A stretch of DNA of 64,000 nucleotides from IMG/VR virus record IMGVR_UViG_3300036760_000988. One strand, written 5' to 3'. Of the stretch, positions 59,315 through 64,000 are shown piece by piece. The translations under genes were made by a program, and so were the position numbers. Position 1 is the first letter of the stretch, and every line of letters begins with the position of its first letter. Under the pieces are notes generated by a model, which saw nothing but the letters and a program-made list of their open reading frames with translations, did no database searches and had not been told where the DNA came from. The stretch comes from an uncultured virus (IMG/VR IMGVR_UViG_3300036760_000988) (Duplodnaviria; Heunggongvirae; Uroviricota; Caudoviricetes).

Positions 59315-59673
59315 CGTGCTCTCCTTCTGGTTTTGCCGAACAAGTACCCCAAGACGAAGGGTCCGCCCAAGATCCCCGCGACCATGGCAGGTAGCACCCA
59401 GGCGTGCTTGCGGCTGTACACGTACAGCCGCAAGGGCTTGACCACGCGCTGGAGTCCCACGCCCGCCGCCGCGGGTTGCCCCGGCACGGTTGGTTCGGCC
59501 TTCGTGAGCCCCCGCAGCTCCAAGACCAGCCGGGTGACCTCGGGCAGCGCCGGGTCGAGCAAGATCGAGCCCGCGGCCTGTACGGCGGTAGACCCACGCT
59601 GCACGAGCGCCGTCACCCCCCCTGCAAGGGGGGTGACGCGTGGTCGCCGGGCGTAGGTGGTCAAGTAGCTCAT
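59311..59673 (-). CDS. virion membrane protein
   Basis: MSYLTTY start; C-terminal TM segment plus basic tail. Confidence 0.65.
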   Translation of the reverse strand: MSYLTTYARRPRVTPLAGGVTALVQRGSTAVQAAGSILLDPALPEVTRLVLELRGLTKAEPTVPGQPAAAGVGLQRVVKPLRLYVYSRKHAWVLPAMVAGILGGPFVLGYLFGKTRRRAR

Positions 59674-59793
59674 GGCTGCGGGGTCATCATGATGTAGGAA
59701 GTAGCGCCCTCCAGCAGCGTCGCAGCCGGCGCCGCCAGCTCTCCGGTAGTTCTGGCTAAGTTGGGCCACGACGCTGCGGGAAGGCGTTACCTG

Positions 59794-60375
59794 TTATCTC
59801 CTCCGTGCCCGCACCAGGGTGGTAGGTTTGCCCTTGCTCTTGAGGAAGTCGAGCCAGGTCGTCTTGTGCCAGGCGTACAGGGCCGCCGCGCCGACGACGC
59901 CCGCCTTCAGCCAGAAGCCTGTGTCCGTGCACGCGCCGGCCTTGATGCAGGCGTAGTGCTCGCGCTCCTTGGCCACGTCCGCCCAGGATGAGATGGTCTG
60001 GAACAAGAGCAGCCCGCCGACGAGCAGCCCCAGGAGCAGCGGGTTCGTGAAGAAGGCCCCGACGCCGGCCTGGGCCTGTGGGCTCCCTGCGTCGGGCAGG
60101 GTGAGCGCCAGCCGGGCGAGCGCGGGAGCATCGGTGGGGAGGGTGGCGCCTGCCGGCATGACCTGACGGAGCAGCATGTCCAGCTGCGTGGCCAAGACCG
60201 CCTCCACCTCGGGATCACGGTACTGATCGCGCGCGAGCTGCGCCGACGCCGCGCCATACTTCGCAGGGCCGGTGCCAGCCACCGCCGCGTCGACGCGCGT
60301 GCGATAGTCGAGCCACTGCCGCAGCGACCGCTGCATCCGCGCCAGTTCCTTGCGTGCCGCCTTCACGTCCGCCAT
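59794..60375 (-). CDS. virion membrane protein (two TM segments)
   Basis: GGAGG RBS; LLLGLLVGGLLLF and FWLKAGVVGAAALYAW. Confidence 0.7.
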   Translation of the reverse strand: MADVKAARKELARMQRSLRQWLDYRTRVDAAVAGTGPAKYGAASAQLARDQYRDPEVEAVLATQLDMLLRQVMPAGATLPTDAPALARLALTLPDAGSPQAQAGVGAFFTNPLLLGLLVGGLLLFQTISSWADVAKEREHYACIKAGACTDTGFWLKAGVVGAAALYAWHKTTWLDFLKSKGKPTTLVRARRR

Positions 60376-60399
60376 GGACCACCCTCCGCCTACGTCGAA

Positions 60400-61044
60400 C
60401 TACATGTTGACGATGCGGTAGCCGGGGAGCGCGATGACGAGCTTGCCGTCGGTGGTGGGCGTCCCCGCGGACGAGAAGTCGATGTCCTCGTACGTCGGGA
60501 AGATCTGCATCACCGTGTTCGGCGTGAACAGGGACGGCACCGGCAGCGGGATCAGGTTGTCGGGTCGCGAGAGCAGCCCCGCGGGCACCGCGAGGTTCTG
60601 CTCGGCGCGCTGCGAGCCGCCGTCGAAGAACTCGTAGGAGAGGTCGATGATGTCGTCGTCGAGCACCTGATCGGGCAGCGGCCAGTGCGCGACCGGCCGC
60701 CACATGCCGAGCCGCGTCGCGGCCGGGGCCGGCGCCGAGGGCTTCCACATGGCGAGCGGGTAGTGGGTCATGACGAACGGTCCGTCCTGCGACACGAGGT
60801 AGTTCATCGCGTCGGCCCGCGCCCCGAGCTGGGCGATCGAGAACGCCTGCACCTGCGACAGGGTGTAGAAGATGCGTCGCCCTGGGATGGCGTCGATCTC
60901 CTCGGTCACCGTCCGCGGGCGCGTCTGGAACGCCTGCTTCAGCGCGGACAGCTCGCGCTTGGTGTTCAGGATCTCGTTCTTGAACGGGGTGATGAGTTGA
61001 CGGATGAATTGCGCGAGTTCGTTCGAGACGGGCTGCATGATCAC
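60400..61044 (-). CDS. putative second (large) single-jelly-roll capsid protein with N-terminal coiled coil
   Basis: Helical N-terminus then an all-beta domain (DGGSQR..QN..VP...PLPVPSLFTPN...LVIALPGYR); AAGGAG RBS; position in the structural operon. Confidence 0.55.
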   Translation of the reverse strand: MIMQPVSNELAQFIRQLITPFKNEILNTKRELSALKQAFQTRPRTVTEEIDAIPGRRIFYTLSQVQAFSIAQLGARADAMNYLVSQDGPFVMTHYPLAMWKPSAPAPAATRLGMWRPVAHWPLPDQVLDDDIIDLSYEFFDGGSQRAEQNLAVPAGLLSRPDNLIPLPVPSLFTPNTVMQIFPTYEDIDFSSAGTPTTDGKLVIALPGYRIVNM

Positions 61045-61143
61045 CGCTCCTTAACCCAGAGGTTGGGGTGCCCGAGGGCACGTTGGAAAATTGCGCGTTG
61101 CAAGGACTGCCAGGCAGGAATTGCGTGGTGCGAAAGTTGGGAG

Positions 61144-61797
61144 CTACTTACGTGGCCGAACTCCTTCGCGTGTCAGCGAGGGGGTTTTTACAGCGTCTTC
61201 TTCAGACCACCCCCGAGACAGTCGATTTGAGATCGTACTTTCGGGAAGCTTGTACTTCTCGGCCCACTCGGCAAGACAGCGAGCTTCGCCGTTGATGGTG
61301 AGCAAGCGAGAGGATCTGCGATTTCGTGCCTGCTCCTTGTCGGTGGCCCAGCGAATGTTCCCAGGCATGTAGTCGCCGGTGTTGTCGATGCGATCGATCG
61401 ACTGTCCCCGGGGACGTGGGCCCAAGTGCTCGTTCACGTAGGCGGCGAACACCTCGAAATCGTGCAACCACGGCGCGTGGATGTGGATGTCGGGGTACCA
61501 CGTACGCTGCCCCGTCTCGATGGGGCGACAGCGATCCTTGATCGAGACCCAGGTGCGATAGAGTGGGGTCCGCGATTGACCGTGCGTGGTGGCAACACGG
61601 CGCATGTTGTCCACCGCCAAGCAGCCGCACGATTTCGCATGACCAATCATGAGATTGGTCTCGCGCACCCACTTTTCCTTCCCACAGTCGCACTTGACGT
61701 GTACCCACCAAAATTTCTGTTTTTCGTTTTCGCCCTGCCGCTGCTCTCGTCCGAGAGCTGTCAGCCGACCGAATCGATCTCCGATTACGACACTCAT
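61144..61797 (-). CDS. HNH homing endonuclease
   Basis: CDCG, KSCGC and SIDRIDNTGDYMPGNIRWAT..EQARN. Confidence 0.88.
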   Translation of the reverse strand: MSVVIGDRFGRLTALGREQRQGENEKQKFWWVHVKCDCGKEKWVRETNLMIGHAKSCGCLAVDNMRRVATTHGQSRTPLYRTWVSIKDRCRPIETGQRTWYPDIHIHAPWLHDFEVFAAYVNEHLGPRPRGQSIDRIDNTGDYMPGNIRWATDKEQARNRRSSRLLTINGEARCLAEWAEKYKLPESTISNRLSRGWSEEDAVKTPSLTREGVRPRK

Positions 61798-61828
61798 GGG
61801 AGCCTCCTGCGTAGGAGGCTCCCATGAG
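61793..61828 (-). promoter_or_regulatory. RBS/start-codon sequestering hairpin
   Basis: Perfect 16-bp stem CTCATGGGAGCCTCCT-N4-AGGAGGCTCCCATGAG containing the AGGAGG and ATG of the HNH gene. Confidence 0.85.
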
Positions 61829-61925
61829 CCTATTCGATTGTCAACTACTACGACGGGATAACTTCCAACAGGGGCGGTCCATCACAAACATGATTACCTT
61901 TCCCTGTCGGTCATTATCAGGTTTG

Positions 61926-62501
61926 TTACTGGACGTCTCTCGTCTGGAGACCGTCGATCACAAACATGATAACTTTCTCGTCGTCAGTGGCCCCCGTGTT
62001 GAGGAGGGTGAGCGCGTTCACGGAGCCGACCGTGAAGAACTGCGCCTCGACGGCGAAGTTCTGGCGGACGGGCACCATGATCGGGCGGGCCAGCTTCAGG
62101 ATCGACTCCTGGGTGGGCTCACCCAGGTTGAAGATCGACGTGGTGGCGTCGAAGCCCCACACGCCGCCGCCCGACGGGTAGTACCAGCACGGCGCCTGGA
62201 ACGCCGGCTTGTCGCCCAGGGACAGCGTGAAGTACAGCTGCGACGTGACCCGCAGGTAGTTGTTCCGGCGGTTGGTGCCGTTGAAGTACAGCCAGCACCG
62301 CAGCGCCAGGATGATGTACGTCTGGTCGCTCGCGAGCTGACCCGCCACCTGCAGGTTGGTCAGCGCGAGATTCCCGACGTTGGCGTTGCCGAACAGTCGC
62401 TGGGACGACTGGATGGTGGGCGTCGGATCGCCCGTGGTGCGGATCAGCGTATCCCAGAACGGCTGGTGCCGTCTTTCCTTCACTCCGTGCAGACGCGGCA
62501 T
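61926..62501 (-). CDS. putative major capsid protein (single jelly roll)
   Basis: 191 aa, all-beta pattern (QPFWDT, TNLQVAGQL, YIILALR, PIMVPVRQNFAVE, MFVIDG); GGAG RBS with AT-rich leader; flanked by membrane proteins. Confidence 0.65.
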   Translation of the reverse strand: MPRLHGVKERRHQPFWDTLIRTTGDPTPTIQSSQRLFGNANVGNLALTNLQVAGQLASDQTYIILALRCWLYFNGTNRRNNYLRVTSQLYFTLSLGDKPAFQAPCWYYPSGGGVWGFDATTSIFNLGEPTQESILKLARPIMVPVRQNFAVEAQFFTVGSVNALTLLNTGATDDEKVIMFVIDGLQTRDVQ

Positions 62502-62620
62502 GTTGTTTTCTCCACTGTTTTTAGTTTCGTCCCGAGCCATCTCGGGGCAGGAGGGGTGGCTTCCCCACCGGAGATCACAGCATTGAGGGTTTGCAGAAAC
62601 AGAGTTTGCGAACCGCAAAT

Positions 62621-62845
62621 TTACGAATACAGCCTTTGGTACTTCCTGCGACGACGCCGGATCTCGGCGCCGATCTTCACCTTCGCGTGCGCGATGCGGG
62701 CGTGCCGCACGATCTTCTTCCGTCGCTTGACCAGCTGCCAGGCCACGAGCCCTCCACCCAACCACACCCACCACGGCGTGCCCGTGAGGACCCCCGAGAG
62801 GGGGTGTGGTTGGGCGGCGGGCACCGTGGGCTGGACGTAGGACAT
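62621..62845 (-). CDS. small virion membrane protein
   Basis: MSY start, PWWVWLGGG TM segment and a very basic tail. Confidence 0.7.
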   Translation of the reverse strand: MSYVQPTVPAAQPHPLSGVLTGTPWWVWLGGGLVAWQLVKRRKKIVRHARIAHAKVKIGAEIRRRRRKYQRLYS

Positions 62846-63057
62846 CAGCGGCTCTTGCCGTACGTCTGGTGCATCTGCTGCCGCTCTGTTGGCGTCAAGC
62901 GCAGTGCGTAGTTCTTGTCGTACCAGCGCCAGGCGAAGTAGCCCCCCGCCAGCCACGCCCACCACGGCAGATCAGGAACCAACCCCCCCAGCGCACTGAG
63001 GGGTTGCGGTGGCGTGGCGAGCGAGGTGCCCGGCACTCTGGTGTTGACGTAGGACAT
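62845..63057 (-). CDS. small virion membrane protein (paralogue of 62621-62845)
   Basis: MSY start; PWWAWLAGG TM segment. Confidence 0.7.
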   Translation of the reverse strand: MSYVNTRVPGTSLATPPQPLSALGGLVPDLPWWAWLAGGYFAWRWYDKNYALRLTPTERQQMHQTYGKSR

Positions 63058-63058
63058 A

Positions 63059-64000
63059 CTACCCGAGCGAACCCATCCCACCGGCGAAGATGCCGGTGTA
63101 GACCTGCGCGCGGGCGTCACGCTGTGGTGACCAGTTCGGGATCTGCTTCACGAAGTTCTTCGAGGGCACCGGCGCGAGCATGGACCGCTGCGCGACCGGG
63201 GCGAGCTGCGTGTTCGCGCCGCCCAGCTCCTGCTGCAGCGCGCCCAGCTCCTCCTCCATGCCGGACTGCGACATGTCGCCCAGCTCCTCCTCGGCGCCGG
63301 TCTCGATGTAGTCGCCCATGCCGGTCTCCATGTACTCGCCGGTCTCCATGTACTCGCCCATCTCCTGCTGGAGGGCGCCGAGGGCGTTGTCGTACACGCC
63401 ACTGTCGCCGATGGCCAGGTACTGCTGGATCGACGCGGGCGCGTACGTCTTGACCACGGACATCAGCATGTTGATGCCGAGGCCCGCGAGGATGCCCTGC
63501 CGCCACTTGGCGAGCGGGCCTCGCTTGGTCGCGAAGTGCCCCGCGCCGACCATGAGCAGGGACAGCACCGGATCACGGTGCTGCCCGAGCTTGTCGAGGC
63601 CCGGGATCATCGGGCCCACCTTGTTGGTGATCAGGCGGCCGACGACCATGCCCCCCAGCACCGGCGCGGCGTGCTTGGCGACATCGCTGAGGAAGCCGAT
63701 CGCGCCCGCGGGGTTCCGCGTGTACAGGCTCTTGATCTTGCCGCGGCTGATCGTGCCGCCCTTGCGGCGCCGCGCGCGTCCACCGCGGATGCCGTAGGCC
63801 CGGCGTGCCGCCGTGCGGCCCGACACCCGACGACGCCGCGGCGCGGCCCGACGGCGCCCGCGCGTCGACCGGCGACGCCGCGGGGCGGCGCGACGGGCCG
63901 ACTTCCGCGAGCCCGACTTGCCGTACCGGCGCTTGCGCGTGCGCCACGCCTTCTTGCCGGCGGCCGAGCGGCTGCGCTTGCGCCCACGCCGCGGGGCGGC
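63059..64000 (-). CDS. Arg-rich (protamine-like) core/membrane protein, 5' end beyond the window
   Basis: Frame is open to the window edge: AAPRRGRKRSRSAAGKKAWRTRKRRYGKSG..., then TRNP, hydrophobic helices and an acidic (L/M)G repeat tail. Confidence 0.75.
   Translation of the reverse strand, partial: AAPRRGRKRSRSAAGKKAWRTRKRRYGKSGSRKSARRAAPRRRRSTRGRRRAAPRRRRVSGRTAARRAYGIRGGRARRRKGGTISRGKIKSLYTRNPAGAIGFLSDVAKHAAPVLGGMVVGRLITNKVGPMIPGLDKLGQHRDPVLSLLMVGAGHFATKRGPLAKWRQGILAGLGINMLMSVVKTYAPASIQQYLAIGDSGVYDNALGALQQEMGEYMETGEYMETGMGDYIETGAEEELGDMSQSGMEEELGALQQELGGANTQLAPVAQRSMLAPVPSKNFVKQIPNWSPQRDARAQVYTGIFAGGMGSLG

Larger units (their letters stand above)
1..64000. mobile_element. Large tailless (putative single-jelly-roll, membrane-containing) dsDNA virus/provirus genome segment
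   Basis: Dense, overlapping phage-type ORFs, a full viral replication operon, recombinase, lysis genes and capsid-like plus membrane proteins. No host core genes and no head-tail morphogenesis genes. Confidence 0.85.

Noticed and set aside
59611..59638. Perfect 11-bp inverted repeat CGTCACCCCCC...GGGGGGTGACG
   Set aside because: A single intragenic hairpin without a U-tract; no function can be supported.
1..64000. Tailed-phage morphogenesis genes, packaging ATPase, tRNAs and host attachment junctions
   Set aside because: No terminase, portal, tape-measure or FtsK/A32 Walker motifs, and no cloverleafs, recognised by eye. They may lie outside the window.

Overview
The whole window reads as part of one high-GC (about 68% by eye) dsDNA virus or provirus genome. 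I found no host housekeeping genes, rRNA, tRNA or CRISPR array. There are also no terminase, portal, HK97 capsid or tail genes. Instead the right end (about 53.7-64 kb) carries two adjacent beta-rich capsid-like proteins, an Arg-rich core protein and about ten small membrane proteins. This points to a tailless, membrane-containing icosahedral virus with single-jelly-roll capsid proteins and an unusually large genome (inference from architecture; no search was run). Modules from left to right: ParB/Toprim early genes (0-7 kb); holin, J-domain, minor virion, cell-wall hydrolase, SGNH and amidase genes (7-13 kb); a replication operon (14-25.8 kb) with RuvC-like, split PolA, SSB, SF2 helicase, Cas4-like nuclease and primase-helicase genes; a ~400-bp palindromic putative origin (25.9-26.3 kb); nucleotide metabolism and MTase genes; two paralogous spike genes (31.7-38 kb); a tyrosine recombinase with a dif-like site; a C5 MTase; many small accessory ORFs; dCTP deaminase; a glycosylation cluster; and the structural operon. 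The most striking unexplained signals are: (1) at least 23 perfect copies of a 13-bp palindrome TTGCG-N3-CGCAA spread genome-wide and biased to gene 3' ends; (2) polA split by a free-standing endonuclease with no intron or intein; (3) shared peptide signals (MSY...LG and RxNP) in virion-type proteins; (4) a candidate anti-Shine-Dalgarno sRNA; and (5) an HNH nuclease carrying a 20-aa copy of a core-protein motif. All family assignments come from motif recognition by eye.
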